From an uncultured Rhodospirillaceae bacterium (GTDB lineage Bacteria; Pseudomonadota; Alphaproteobacteria; UBA828), in NCBI GenBank assembly GCA_963997635.1, contig CAXEND010000002.1, forward strand, positions 52,848 to 116,847: 64,000 nucleotides of DNA, read 5' to 3'. The translations under genes and the position numbers were made by a program. The notes under the pieces were generated by a model, which did no database searches, was not told the DNA's origin, and saw nothing but the letters and a program-made list of their open reading frames with translations. The first letter of the stretch is position 1. Each line of letters opens with the position of its first letter. This document shows, piece by piece, positions 1 through 10,064 of the stretch.

Positions 1-807
1 TCTATATGTATTAAAAGGGCTTTCGGTAGCTAAATCATTCTTAGTCAATTTTCTACCCAGTTTTACTTTACCACCCGTAATCGAGTAAATTACGGTAGGG
101 TCAGACTGTAGTAGCATGTTAAGTCTGAGTCGATTTAAAAATACTGCAGAGATTATTGGCCTCTCGTTTTCACGGCCAGTCTCCATCTCTATAATAGATG
201 CCATAATAACTGCATCTGCTGGTTTTTTATAAGGCAAATTTTCTTTTCGATCTTTCCATAATTCTTTAAGAGTATTATTCATTGCAATCTTCATACGATC
301 AATGATTGATTGCCGCGAATCACCAAATTGAAAACTATATGTCTCAGGTAAAAGCGACCCCTCTTCGGGAACCTCGAATACATCCCCAACTAAAGCTTTA
401 TTCAAAATTATCTGTTTAATCACGGCATCACTGGTTATGCCCTCAGTAAAGGTTATATTTCTTCTAACAACATCACCTCCTTCAATTTTTAGCATTACAT
501 CGTGTGCTGATATTCCCTTGTCAAATTTATATTCACCTGCTTTTAATTGCCCGCTAACTCCATTAATCCAGACTCCATAGGTAAAAATATATGCGTTAGA
601 TATTACTCCAGATGAAGATAGATTTTCAGCAATCTCCTCAGTACCTATTCCAGGAGTAATAACAAATGTCTTTGGCTGTTCAAGGGGGCCAGGTTGTTTA
701 AACTCGTTAATGATATATAGATAAGCAGCAAGTAGACAGAAAAGACTAGTACTAACGAACCCAAAAAATAATATAAAAAAAATCTTACGTCTTAGAAGTA
801 TTTTCAT
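1..807 (-). CDS. mltG: Endolytic murein transglycosylase MltG/YceG family. The N-terminal 269 codons are present and the C-terminus runs off the left edge.
   Basis: Not in the ORF track because it is open at the window edge. My minus-strand translation from the ATG at 805-807 gives MKILLRRKIFFILFFGFVSTSLFCLLAAYLYIINEFKQPGPLEQPKTFVITPGIGTEEIAENLSSSGVI..., and near position 1 ...NMLLQSDPTVIYSITGGKVKLGRKLTKNDLATESPFNTYR. It has an N-terminal TM anchor plus LQSDPTVIY and SP(F/Y)NTY motifs typical of YceG/MltG. It lies directly downstream of fabF. Confidence 0.85.
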   Translation of the reverse strand, partial: MKILLRRKIFFILFFGFVSTSLFCLLAAYLYIINEFKQPGPLEQPKTFVITPGIGTEEIAENLSSSGVISNAYIFTYGVWINGVSGQLKAGEYKFDKGISAHDVMLKIEGGDVVRRNITFTEGITSDAVIKQIILNKALVGDVFEVPEEGSLLPETYSFQFGDSRQSIIDRMKIAMNNTLKELWKDRKENLPYKKPADAVIMASIIEMETGRENERPIISAVFLNRLRLNMLLQSDPTVIYSITGGKVKLGRKLTKNDLATESPFNTYR

Positions 808-814
808 ACTAAGG

Positions 815-2074
815 TCATTCGTAAGCGCTTACAATCACCGTTGCATTGGTTCCACCAAAACCAAAAGAGTTTGACAAGGCATGTCGAACTTTTCGTTCCT
901 TAGCTTTATGAGGAACAAGATCAATATCACAACCATCTGAAGGATTTTCGAGGTTTAATGTTGGCGGGACTATTCCATGCTTAATTGCCAGAATACAGAA
1001 TATCAGTTCCACAGCACCAGCTGCTCCTAGCAAATGTCCGATAGAACTTTTTGTCGATGACATAGATATTGAGTATGCTGAATCGCCAAAGAGTCTCTTC
1101 ACCGCCCCTAACTCAATCTCATCACCTAAAGGCGTCGATGTTCCATGGGCATTTATATAATCAATATTTTCTGGGTTTAATTGAGCACGCTTCAAAGCAG
1201 ACTTCATAGAACGAAAGCCACCACTTCCGTCTGCTGCTGGGGCTGTTACATGATGGGCATCGCCGCTCATTCCATAGCCGGTTACTTCAGCATAAATTTT
1301 AGCTCCACGTCTTTTTGCATGTTCAAGTTCCTCTAATACGACTACACCAGATCCATCACCCATTACGAATCCATCTCTGTCTTTATCCCATGGTCTTGAA
1401 GCCTTTGTCGGTGTGTCATTATAATTAGTGCTTAAAGCCCTAGCCGCAGAGAACCCTGTAACTCCTAATCTGCATACTCCAGCTTCTGCACCCCCTGCGA
1501 TCATGACATCAGCATCATCAAACATTATCAACCGAGAAGCATCCCCTATAGCATGAGCACCAGTTGAACACGCAGTTACTACTGCATGATTTGGTCCACG
1601 AAATCCATGCTTAATAGAAACGTGTCCAGATGCTAAATTTATAAGGCTTGACGGAATAAAAAATGGGCTTAAACGACGTGGCCCTTTCTCATTAACTAAT
1701 ATTGCTCCCTGCTCAATTGCACGCAGTCCACCAATTCCAGAACCTATCATTACCCCTGTTCGGTCTTTTTGCTCATCCCGTTCTGGACTCCAACCTGAGT
1801 CTTCTATAGCTCCTGCAGCAGCACCTAGTGCATAGATAATAAAATCATCCATCTTCCGGACATCTTTTGCTGGCATATAGTTTTCAGGATTAAATTTCCC
1901 CGAGCCGTCTCCTCGCGGTACTTGGGCAGCAATTTTGCATGGTAAATCTGAAATATCGAAAGTTTCAATTTTAGCAACGCCAGAATTGCCTTCAATTAGT
2001 CTATTCCAGCTCTCACTAACTCCATCTGCAAGCGGAGTTACCGCACCTAGTCCCGTAACTACAACTCTTCTCAC
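815..2074 (-). CDS. fabF: 3-oxoacyl-ACP synthase II (KAS II)
   Basis: 419 aa. Active-site Cys context VTACSTGAHAIG, His motifs NAHGTSTPLGD and GHLLGAAG, C-terminal NSFGFGGTN. GTG start preceded by AGGGGA. Confidence 0.95.
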   Translation of the reverse strand: MRRVVVTGLGAVTPLADGVSESWNRLIEGNSGVAKIETFDISDLPCKIAAQVPRGDGSGKFNPENYMPAKDVRKMDDFIIYALGAAAGAIEDSGWSPERDEQKDRTGVMIGSGIGGLRAIEQGAILVNEKGPRRLSPFFIPSSLINLASGHVSIKHGFRGPNHAVVTACSTGAHAIGDASRLIMFDDADVMIAGGAEAGVCRLGVTGFSAARALSTNYNDTPTKASRPWDKDRDGFVMGDGSGVVVLEELEHAKRRGAKIYAEVTGYGMSGDAHHVTAPAADGSGGFRSMKSALKRAQLNPENIDYINAHGTSTPLGDEIELGAVKRLFGDSAYSISMSSTKSSIGHLLGAAGAVELIFCILAIKHGIVPPTLNLENPSDGCDIDLVPHKAKERKVRHALSNSFGFGGTNATVIVSAYE

Positions 2075-2163
2075 GGCATAGTTTCCCCTAAAACACTATA
2101 ACCTTAAATGACTCTCATCAAATTCATCTTGAACACTGTCGCAAGAAGTCCTGCATAAAGCGG

Positions 2164-2400
2164 TCAGGAAATCTGCTCAATAAAATTGATAGCGTCCTTA
2201 ACCGTAAGGATTTTTTCTGCGGCATCATCTGGGATTTCACACCCGAACTCCTCCTCAAAGGCCATAACCAATTCTACGGTATCTAGGCTATCAGCACCAA
2301 GATCATCAATAAAACTCGCACCTTCAGTTACTTTTTCTTCGTCGACACCAAGGTGCTCGACTACAATTTTTTTTACACGGGCAGCGATATCATCACTCAT
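2164..2400 (-). CDS. acpP: Acyl carrier protein
   Basis: 78 aa with the phosphopantetheine attachment motif [19 protein letters not shown]. Sits between fabG and fabF. Confidence 0.97.
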   Translation of the reverse strand: MSDDIAARVKKIVVEHLGVDEEKVTEGASFIDDLGADSLDTVELVMAFEEEFGCEIPDDAAEKILTVKDAINFIEQIS

Positions 2401-2615
2401 CGAAAATTCCCTCGGGCTATAATCTGTTGTTTGGGTGGCCTATAACTTATAGGCCTAATTACGAATCACTTAGCTAGCCTATATTCATATTAATAAACAA
2501 AATTCAAGACTGCAATATAGACTAACCGCGCGGTTGGTAGCACAATTTAAAACGTTTGGCCATATGTCTGAACTATGTGATACATATTTTTAATTTTATT
2601 CAAGTCAATTTTGGC

Positions 2616-3353
2616 TCAAATCATAGCCATTCCGCCATTTATGTGCAAAGTTTGTCCAGTTATATAGGATGATTCCTCACTGGCTAAATACAAACAACCA
2701 GCAGCAACATCTGCAGGTGTGCCGAATCGGCCAGTTGGGATAAGAGCCCTTAACTTCTCAACTTGTTCATCAGTTAAAACATCTGTCATGGGTGTTTCTA
2801 TGAATCCAGGGGCTATACAGTTTACCGTTACCCCACGGCTAGCAACCTCAGCAGCTAAAGCTTTGGCCATACCTGTTAACCCTGCCTTAGATGCTGCATA
2901 GTTTGATTGACCCGGGTTTCCGGTTGAGCCAACTACAGAGGTTATGAAAATTAGACGTCCCCAACGATTTTTCATCATGCCTTTAAGACTTGCCCTTGCC
3001 AAACTAAATCCAGTGTTTAAATTGAGATTTATAACATTCGACCAATCATCATCCTTCATTCTTAGCATCAAATTATCACGTGTTATTCCCGCACAATGAA
3101 CTAAAATATCTACACCACCAAGAATGCTCTGTGCTTGCTCTAATAAAGTATTTGCTGCTTCATGGTCAGCTAAATTACATGGAATTGCATGTGCTTGCCC
3201 GCCTAATTCATCGCAAAACTCTGCAAGTTTATCCTGGCGTGTGCCAGAAACACCAATTATTGCACCATTTTCATGCAAGGACCTTGCTATAGCTGCACCA
3301 ATTGCTCCAGATGCACCGGTTATTAATGCACCCTTACCACTCAAATTAAACAT
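2616..3353 (-). CDS. fabG: 3-oxoacyl-ACP reductase
   Basis: Classical SDR with TGASGAIGAAIA Rossmann motif, NAG-like CAGI and catalytic YAASKAG. The track ORF starts at TTG 3368, but the ATG at 3351-3353 (MFNLSGK...) matches usual FabG N-termini. Confidence 0.93.
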   Translation of the reverse strand: MFNLSGKGALITGASGAIGAAIARSLHENGAIIGVSGTRQDKLAEFCDELGGQAHAIPCNLADHEAANTLLEQAQSILGGVDILVHCAGITRDNLMLRMKDDDWSNVINLNLNTGFSLARASLKGMMKNRWGRLIFITSVVGSTGNPGQSNYAASKAGLTGMAKALAAEVASRGVTVNCIAPGFIETPMTDVLTDEQVEKLRALIPTGRFGTPADVAAGCLYLASEESSYITGQTLHINGGMAMI

Positions 3354-3435
3354 ATAAAACCTTCCCAAACAGAAAATTTAATAGAAAACCCCGAATCATT
3401 CTTAGCTGAACTAAAATCATCTAAAGTGTAATTTT

Positions 3436-4380
3436 CTATCTTATATCACTTAAAAAATTACGTATATCCTCTGGTAATGAAATGGTCTTAGTTTTTAAGC
3501 TAGGAGCAATTCTCTTGCATAAACCACTCAAAACATTACCAGGACCAATCTCGATTATCTCTGTGATTTTACAGTTTTTAATATATTCTATTCCTTCACG
3601 CCAACGCACCCTGTCTGTAACTTGCTTAACTAACAGCTGGCGAAGCTTTTCTTCAGACTGCTCTGAAGTAGCAGTAACATTATTTACAATCGGCACTAAA
3701 GGTTTATTTAAATTTACAGTTTTTAGTGCATTATCCATTTTCTCTGCTGCAGATATCATCAGAGAACAGTGAAATGGGGCACTGACAGGTAAATTTACTG
3801 CTCGCTTTACCCCCAATTCTTTTGCTATAGTTATTGCATACTCAATGGCTACACGATTACCACTTAAAACTACCTGGCCGGGTGCATTATCATTGGCTAT
3901 TTCGCAAACTCCCTTAATACTTGACTTTAATGCTATTTCTTCAGCTACTGCCATGTCTGTTCCAATTAATGCAGCCATTCCGCCCTCACCAACCGGCACA
4001 GCAGATTGCATTGCCTCACCTCGTAATCTTAAAAGTTTCGCTGCATCAGATATTTCCAATGCATTAGCTGCTACTAATGCAGAATATTCACCTAAAGAAT
4101 GACCAGCTACAAAGCTCACAAGATTGTCTATAGAATAACCACTTTCTGTCTCAATAGCCCTTAGAATAGCTATAGAAGTAGCCATCAGAGCCGGTTGAGC
4201 ATTAACGGTGAGCCTTAAATTCTCTTCAGAACCATTAAAAATTAAATCAGATAAGTTTTCACCTAAAGCCTCATCAACTATTCGGAAAACATCAGCAGCT
4301 TCAGGATAATTGTCATAAACTTTCCTTCCCATACCAATTATTTGTGATCCTTGGCCAGGAAATATAAATGCTCTACCCAT
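3436..4380 (-). CDS. fabD: Malonyl-CoA:ACP transacylase
   Basis: 314 aa. N-terminal FIFPGQGSQ and active-site GHSLGEYSAL. In fabD-fabG-acpP-fabF order. Confidence 0.93.
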   Translation of the reverse strand: MGRAFIFPGQGSQIIGMGRKVYDNYPEAADVFRIVDEALGENLSDLIFNGSEENLRLTVNAQPALMATSIAILRAIETESGYSIDNLVSFVAGHSLGEYSALVAANALEISDAAKLLRLRGEAMQSAVPVGEGGMAALIGTDMAVAEEIALKSSIKGVCEIANDNAPGQVVLSGNRVAIEYAITIAKELGVKRAVNLPVSAPFHCSLMISAAEKMDNALKTVNLNKPLVPIVNNVTATSEQSEEKLRQLLVKQVTDRVRWREGIEYIKNCKITEIIEIGPGNVLSGLCKRIAPSLKTKTISLPEDIRNFLSDIR

Positions 4381-4502
4381 TTGAACTTAACCTATAAATA
4401 TTATTATCTAAATAAGCTATTTTTAATCATTTAATACTACTATATAATTATGATAATCTGTAGCATTAGTAATCATAACACAAACATTGAAGTTAACGGT
4501 AC

Positions 4503-4530
4503 TTGCACCTCAGAATTATTTGAGTATAGT
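4503..4530 (+). promoter_or_regulatory. Candidate sigma70-type promoter for the rpsF-rpsR-(membrane)-rplI unit
   Basis: TTGCAC (4503-4508), a 16-nt spacer, then TATAGT (4525-4530), about 87 nt upstream of the rpsF ATG. Chance matches are common in AT-rich DNA. Confidence 0.3.
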
Positions 4531-4616
4531 GCGGCGCTTTAAAGCATTAAAATATAGTATTAATGGGCAAAATTAAAATCAGCCTATATACATAAAATAG
4601 AAGGGAACGGCTTATT

Positions 4617-5027
4617 ATGCCGCTCTATGAAAATACATTTATAGCTCGACCAGATGTTTCCACCCAACGAGTCGAAACATTAGGAGAAGAGTTTGATAAA
4701 GTTATCCAAGAAGCTGGAGGCCGTGTTGCCAGCACAGAAAATTGGGGTCTGCGTAATCTAACCTATAAGATTAAAAAAAATCGCAAAGGATATTACGTCC
4801 ACATGCGTATTGACGCACCAGCAGAGGCTATAGCTGAAATGGAAAGAAACATGAGGCTAAACGAAGATATAATTCGTTATTTAACTATTAAAGTTGAAGC
4901 CTTGGAAACTGAACCATCAGCAATGATGCAATCGCGTTCACGTGAAGGTAGAAATGAACGCAGGGTATCTGAAGAGGAACATGACACAGCAGATATTAGT
5001 AACAATTCAGACCAAAACGACGCATAA
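4617..5027 (+). CDS. rpsF: 30S ribosomal protein S6
   Basis: MPLYENTFIARPDVS...NWGLRNLTYKIKKNRKGYYV is a typical S6 core, followed by a charged C-terminal tail. Followed by rpsR. Confidence 0.93.
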   Translation: MPLYENTFIARPDVSTQRVETLGEEFDKVIQEAGGRVASTENWGLRNLTYKIKKNRKGYYVHMRIDAPAEAIAEMERNMRLNEDIIRYLTIKVEALETEPSAMMQSRSREGRNERRVSEEEHDTADISNNSDQNDA

Positions 5028-5048
5028 AGGTAACCAATAGAGCAAAAA

Positions 5049-5390
5049 ATGGAAAATGAAGTAATTTCTTCTGAAGAAGACAACTACGATAAACGCCCTA
5101 ACCAAAGATATGGTAATCAGCGCACATCAAATACATTGAGTCAAAATGTCCCAATGGTAGCTTTTCCTCGCCGTCCTTTTTTTCGTAGGAAAAAATCCTG
5201 CCCTTTCAGTGGTGAACATGCACCCAAAATTGACTATAAGGATATCAAAGTTCTACAAAGATTTATATCTGAACGGGGTAAAATTGTACCAAGTCGAATA
5301 ACGGCAGTATCAGCAAAAAAACAAAGGGAACTAGCTCGTGCAATTAAAAGAGCACGCCATTTGGGTCTCCTCCCTTATGTAGTGCAGTAA
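5049..5390 (+). CDS. rpsR: 30S ribosomal protein S18 (start uncertain)
   Basis: Core [67 protein letters not shown]. The canonical S18 part begins near the internal ATG at 5154 ([10 protein letters not shown]). The first 35 codons of the track ORF may not be translated. Confidence 0.9.
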   Translation: MENEVISSEEDNYDKRPNQRYGNQRTSNTLSQNVPMVAFPRRPFFRRKKSCPFSGEHAPKIDYKDIKVLQRFISERGKIVPSRITAVSAKKQRELARAIKRARHLGLLPYVVQ

Positions 5391-5417
5391 AACAAATGGT
5401 GGCGGCTAAGAGTTTAG

Positions 5418-6353
5418 ATGCCCGCTAGGAATCTCATTGCTATAGGAGCCGGCCTCACCTCAGCACTTCTATTTGCAGCAATAACAACAGGCCATCCTCT
5501 GGCTATGTTAGTAGTCCCTTTCTCTATGCTTCCTTTATTCCTAATTGGCTTAAGCAGTGGAGTTACTACAACAATAATATCTCTTGTAGTCGCAACTATA
5601 GTAGTTGCATCTATTTGTGGTTTTATAGGGGGGATCATTTATGTTGCAGCAGAAGCTGTCCCAGCGTTCGCAATCTCGAAACACCTAAAAAGTTTTAGCA
5701 ACAAAGGAAACAATCAATACTCACGTGCACCTGCCAGTAAACTGATAAGCTACATAACAGGTTATGCTTCTATTTTACTAATTCTAATTTTTGTGAGTTC
5801 TTTAGGCCTTGAAGGTGGATTTATAGGAATGGTGGAACGCCAATTAAACATGGCTTTAGAACCACTGATTTCCAACAATCTTAACTCAGAGGAGTCCATA
5901 AAGAATCTAGCTTCCCAGATTGCTAGATTAGCCCCAGGAACAATGACGGCTTGGTGGCTTGCTATCACACTTATTAGCCTCGGTATATCTCAAGCTCTCC
6001 TTAAAAGATTTAGTAATATTTATGTTTTTAATCTAAATTTAGCGTATGCAAAGAATCCATATTGGATCGTTTTTGGGCTTGCTATCTCATTGGTTATTGG
6101 ACTTATTAGCGATGGACTAGCTGGAATAATTGGATGGAATTTATTTCAAGTTTTAATTGTTCCTTTTATCTTCGTAGGACTTATGGTAATTCATTTACTT
6201 TGCAAAGGTTGGGCACCAGGCCCTTTATTTATCGGCGTATTTTATTTAATTATGTTTGTTCGAGGATGGCCAATGTTTCTAGTCGCTATCCTTGGATTCT
6301 TTGAACAATGGGTTAAACTAAGAGATCGGCTTGGGGCGGCAAACTCAACCTAG
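5418..6353 (+). CDS. Polytopic inner-membrane protein of unknown function (DUF2232-like)
   Basis: 311 aa and strongly hydrophobic, with at least 7 predicted TM stretches. Its position between rpsR and rplI is, as far as I recall, common in alphaproteobacteria. Confidence 0.6.
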   Translation: MPARNLIAIGAGLTSALLFAAITTGHPLAMLVVPFSMLPLFLIGLSSGVTTTIISLVVATIVVASICGFIGGIIYVAAEAVPAFAISKHLKSFSNKGNNQYSRAPASKLISYITGYASILLILIFVSSLGLEGGFIGMVERQLNMALEPLISNNLNSEESIKNLASQIARLAPGTMTAWWLAITLISLGISQALLKRFSNIYVFNLNLAYAKNPYWIVFGLAISLVIGLISDGLAGIIGWNLFQVLIVPFIFVGLMVIHLLCKGWAPGPLFIGVFYLIMFVRGWPMFLVAILGFFEQWVKLRDRLGAANST

Positions 6354-6363
6354 GAGATATAAA

Positions 6364-7050
6364 ATGGAAATTATCCTACTTGAACGCATAGAAAAATTAG
6401 GACAAATGGGAGATACTGTGAGAGTTAAAGATGGGTATGCACGAAATTTCTTGCTACCCCAGAAAAAAGCTCTACTAGCAACATCTGAAAATAAAACTCG
6501 TTTTGAAACGGAAAAAGAAGCATTACAACGTATCAACGACGACAAACGAGGAATAGCTGAGTCAGCAGCAAAATTATTAAATGGAAAAGACTTTATTCTT
6601 ATTAGACAAGCTGGTGATACAATGCAGCTTTTCGGGTCTGTAACAGCCCGAGATATCTCTACTAGCATCAGTGAGACAGGAGTTTCTGTAAAGCGTCAAC
6701 AAATTAAGTTAGATATACCAATCAAGACACTAGGGCTTCATAATGTATCCATAGTTCTACACCCAGAAGTAATTATTTCTGTAAAAATAAATGTAGCACG
6801 ATCTAAAGAAGAAGCAGAAATTCAAATTAAGGGGGGTACTGTTACTTCAGAACTAGAAAATGAGAAACAAAATAATATTGTAGACAAAGAAATTTTTGAT
6901 AATGAACAAATAGCTGCAGATGCTGAAGAAAAGCTTTCCGATAATCAAAATTTAGAGCAAAATGAAAATAAAATAAATGTAAATGGAGCTCATGAAGAAT
7001 CAATCAGTGAAACCGACGGAGCACCCAGCCAAACTCATGACCCAAAATAG
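6364..7050 (+). CDS. rplI: 50S ribosomal protein L9 with a long acidic/Asn-rich C-terminal tail
   Basis: MEIILLERIEKLGQMGDTVRVKDGYARNFLLPQKKA is the canonical L9 N-terminus. ATG at 6364 is preceded by AGGAGA (6352-6357). The track ORF start at 6331 is an upstream extension. Confidence 0.92.
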   Translation: MEIILLERIEKLGQMGDTVRVKDGYARNFLLPQKKALLATSENKTRFETEKEALQRINDDKRGIAESAAKLLNGKDFILIRQAGDTMQLFGSVTARDISTSISETGVSVKRQQIKLDIPIKTLGLHNVSIVLHPEVIISVKINVARSKEEAEIQIKGGTVTSELENEKQNNIVDKEIFDNEQIAADAEEKLSDNQNLEQNENKINVNGAHEESISETDGAPSQTHDPK

Positions 7051-7090
7051 ATATTTCTCTATTGCAAGATAGCCTGAGGAATTCTTAATA

Positions 7091-8308
7091 ATGCTATTAG
7101 GACTACTTCTTAAAAAGTTAATGCAATTCGGGACCCTCAGGGTAATAGATCACAGTGGGAAAAGTCACGAATATAAAGGTGAGGACGGCCCATTAGTGAC
7201 AATTCGTCTTCATAATCATTCACTTAACAGAAAAATATTTTTTAATCCTAGGCTTGCTGTTGGTGAGGCCTATATGGAAGGATCTCTAACGATAGAGGAT
7301 GGAGCAAATATTCATGACCTACTCGACCTAGTGGGAGCAAATTTACATAAACTTGATGATCTGAAAATAATGCGTGTTAGGAATCGAATAGCTAGAATTT
7401 TAAGACCCATACAGCAACATAACCCTTTAGGTATAGCACGCAAGAATGTAGCTCATCATTATGACTTATCCGACGAGTTGTTTGATTTATTTCTTGATCC
7501 AGATCGTCAGTATTCATGTGCATATTTTGACTCACCGAATAGCAGTTTAGAACAAGCTCAACAGGCAAAAAAACGACACTTAGCCTCAAAGTTAGTTCTT
7601 AATGAACCTGGATTAAAGACTCTCGACATAGGATCAGGTTGGGGAGGACTCGGCATATACCTACATCAAGAAACCGGTGCAAATGTAACCGGGCTAACAC
7701 TTTCAGTAGAACAACAAAAATATGCTCAAAACAGGGCAAAGCAGCTCGGGATAGATAAAAATGTCCAATTCTTTCTTCGAGATTATCGTGAAGATAAGGG
7801 TCCTTACGATAGAATTGTGTCAGTAGGAATGTTTGAGCATGTAGGCGTAAAACACTATGGTGAATTCTTTGAGAAACTTAAGTCTCTCCTTAAGGATGAT
7901 GGTATAGCAGTTATTCATACTATAGCTCGATGGGACGGCCCAAGTGTTACTAACCCTTGGTTACGAAAATATATCTTCCCTGGTGGTTACTGTCCTTCAA
8001 TGTCAGAAGTCTTCGCTGCGTTAGAACAAACTGGATTAAAGGTTTTAGATGTAGAAATGTTACGCCTTCACTACGCAGAAACTCTTAGACATTGGGCACG
8101 AAATTTCTCAGCAAACAGGGAAAAAATAAAAGAAATATATGATGAGCGCTTTTGCCGAATGTGGGAATTTTATCTAGCAGGTTCAGAAATGGCATTTCGA
8201 CGCCAAGACCATATGGTTGCTCAACTACAAATCTCCCGTAATCAAGAAGCCGCTCCTTTAACACGCGAATACATGGTTGATTGGGAACGTAAACACCAAA
8301 TAAATTGA
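7091..8308 (+). CDS. cfa: Cyclopropane-fatty-acyl-phospholipid synthase family SAM-dependent methyltransferase
   Basis: 405 aa. HYDLSDELFDLFLDPDRQYSCAYF, SAM motif I LDIGSGWGGLGIYL and C-terminal WEFYLAGSEMAFR are all hallmarks of the CFA synthase / mycolic acid methyltransferase family. Confidence 0.8.
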   Translation: MLLGLLLKKLMQFGTLRVIDHSGKSHEYKGEDGPLVTIRLHNHSLNRKIFFNPRLAVGEAYMEGSLTIEDGANIHDLLDLVGANLHKLDDLKIMRVRNRIARILRPIQQHNPLGIARKNVAHHYDLSDELFDLFLDPDRQYSCAYFDSPNSSLEQAQQAKKRHLASKLVLNEPGLKTLDIGSGWGGLGIYLHQETGANVTGLTLSVEQQKYAQNRAKQLGIDKNVQFFLRDYREDKGPYDRIVSVGMFEHVGVKHYGEFFEKLKSLLKDDGIAVIHTIARWDGPSVTNPWLRKYIFPGGYCPSMSEVFAALEQTGLKVLDVEMLRLHYAETLRHWARNFSANREKIKEIYDERFCRMWEFYLAGSEMAFRRQDHMVAQLQISRNQEAAPLTREYMVDWERKHQIN

Positions 8309-8330
8309 TAATGGTAACAAGCAATTATAT

Positions 8331-8350
8331 AAACTAGCATTGCTAGTTTT
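8331..8350 (+). terminator. Putative intrinsic terminator after cfa
   Basis: Perfect 8-bp stem AAACTAGC / GCTAGTTT with a 3-nt loop (ATT), running into T-rich TTTTATT, 23 nt after the cfa stop. Confidence 0.4.
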
Positions 8351-8539
8351 ATTAAACTCAATAAAGTTACTAACAATTAATTAGCTAATACACAAAACAA
8401 ATAATTCATTAAACCAATACACTTAATAGAGTTATCCCCATTATTAAGGTAATTATTTTAATATTATTGTTGCACAAAATTTCAAACATACGATTCATAT
8501 ACTTTTCGAAGCTGCTCTACCGCGCTAAAACATATAATC

Positions 8540-10045
8540 ATGGCAATGCAAACAAAATTAGATAATGCCCCCATTGTAGAAGAGGCAACCAATGAGGATT
8601 ACCGTTCTCTTCCTAGTAATCTTGAGGTAGAGCAAGCACTTTTAGGTGCTATCCTTGTAAATAACGAAGCAGCAAATCAGGTATCAGGGTTTCTAAATGG
8701 CCATCATTTCTTTTTACCTGTTCATGGACGCATATTTGAAGCAATTCGAACAATTATCGATAGAGGGCAGATAGCCAGTCCAGTAACTCTTAAACATTTT
8801 TTTGATAAGGATGATGATCTGGCTAATGTTGGCGGTTCAAAATATCTAGCTCGACTCGCTGGATCAGCTATAACAATTATTAATTCTGAAAATTACGGAC
8901 GTATTATTCATGATCTAGCTCTTCGTCGAGCTTTAGTAACGATTGGGGAAGAAGTAGTTAATGAAGCCTTTGATGGATCAGTTGAAGAGACAGCCTCCAT
9001 ACAAATTGAAGCTGCAGAACAAAAACTCTACAAACTTGCAGAAGAAGGGGATAGCGAAGGTGGGTTCCAAACCTTTAGTAGTTCTCTTTCTAGAGCTGTA
9101 AACCGAATTGAATCAGCATACAAGCGTGATGGAAATATGGTTGGAGTTCCAACAGGCCTAACTGACTTAGATAAACTTTTAGGAGGATTTCATCCTTCTG
9201 ACCTTGTAATAATTGCTGGTAGACCTGGGATGGGTAAAACAGCACTGGCAACAAATTTAGGTTATAATGCAGCAAAAAGTTTTAAAGAAGAGCCAAACAA
9301 AAATGATATTAATAAAGTTGTCAATGGTGCCCGTGTCGGTTTTTTTAGTTTGGAAATGTCAGCAGAACAACTAGCGACTCGTATACTTGCTGAAAAAACA
9401 GGAGTGTCTTCAGAAAAATTAAGACGGGGCGAGGTAAGTAATGATGATTTTGGAAAAATCGTGCAAGCCAGTCAAGAAATTGAGGCTCTACCGTTTTATA
9501 TTGATGACACACCTGAATTAACTGTTCCCAGTCTAAGGGCTAGATCTAGAAGGCTAAAAAGGCAGAATGGGCTTGATCTAATCATAGTAGACTATCTCCA
9601 ACTAATGAGGCCAACTTCAAGTAGACGTTTAAATAACAGAGTGCAAGAAGTTACAGAAATAACAATGGGTCTCAAAGCACTGGCTAAAGAGTTGAACGTT
9701 CCGGTTGTTGCACTTTCTCAATTGTCCCGAGCAGTTGAACAGAGAGAAGATAAAAGACCACAACTTTCTGATCTTCGAGAGTCAGGCTCTATAGAACAAG
9801 ATGCTGATGTTGTTATGTTTGTATATCGAGAACAATATTACCTAGCTCGGCAGCAACCTACCGAAGGCACTATAGAACACCAAGAGTGGCAAGAACAAAT
9901 GGCTCGTGTTCACAACGTAGCAGAGACCATAGTCGCCAAACAAAGACACGGTCCGACTGGAAAAGTTTCTCTATATTTCAATGAATTCTTGACACAATTT
10001 GCAGATCTAGACACACAGCACGATGCATCCACACAACATAATTAA
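8540..10045 (+). CDS. dnaB: Replicative DNA helicase
   Basis: 501 aa. N-terminal PSNLEVEQALLGAIL, Walker A GRPGMGKTALA, Walker B IIVDYLQLM, and SQLSR / RESGSIEQDADVV motifs. Confidence 0.96.
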   Translation: MAMQTKLDNAPIVEEATNEDYRSLPSNLEVEQALLGAILVNNEAANQVSGFLNGHHFFLPVHGRIFEAIRTIIDRGQIASPVTLKHFFDKDDDLANVGGSKYLARLAGSAITIINSENYGRIIHDLALRRALVTIGEEVVNEAFDGSVEETASIQIEAAEQKLYKLAEEGDSEGGFQTFSSSLSRAVNRIESAYKRDGNMVGVPTGLTDLDKLLGGFHPSDLVIIAGRPGMGKTALATNLGYNAAKSFKEEPNKNDINKVVNGARVGFFSLEMSAEQLATRILAEKTGVSSEKLRRGEVSNDDFGKIVQASQEIEALPFYIDDTPELTVPSLRARSRRLKRQNGLDLIIVDYLQLMRPTSSRRLNNRVQEVTEITMGLKALAKELNVPVVALSQLSRAVEQREDKRPQLSDLRESGSIEQDADVVMFVYREQYYLARQQPTEGTIEHQEWQEQMARVHNVAETIVAKQRHGPTGKVSLYFNEFLTQFADLDTQHDASTQHN

Positions 10046-10064
10046 TTTTCAGTAGAGTAGCCCG

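Noticed and set aside
5049-5153. A 35-residue N-terminal extension on S18, considered as a novel feature.
   Set aside because: It may simply reflect use of the longest ORF. Canonical S18 begins near the internal ATG at 5154. Neither start has a convincing SD, so I cannot decide, and I do not report it as a finding.
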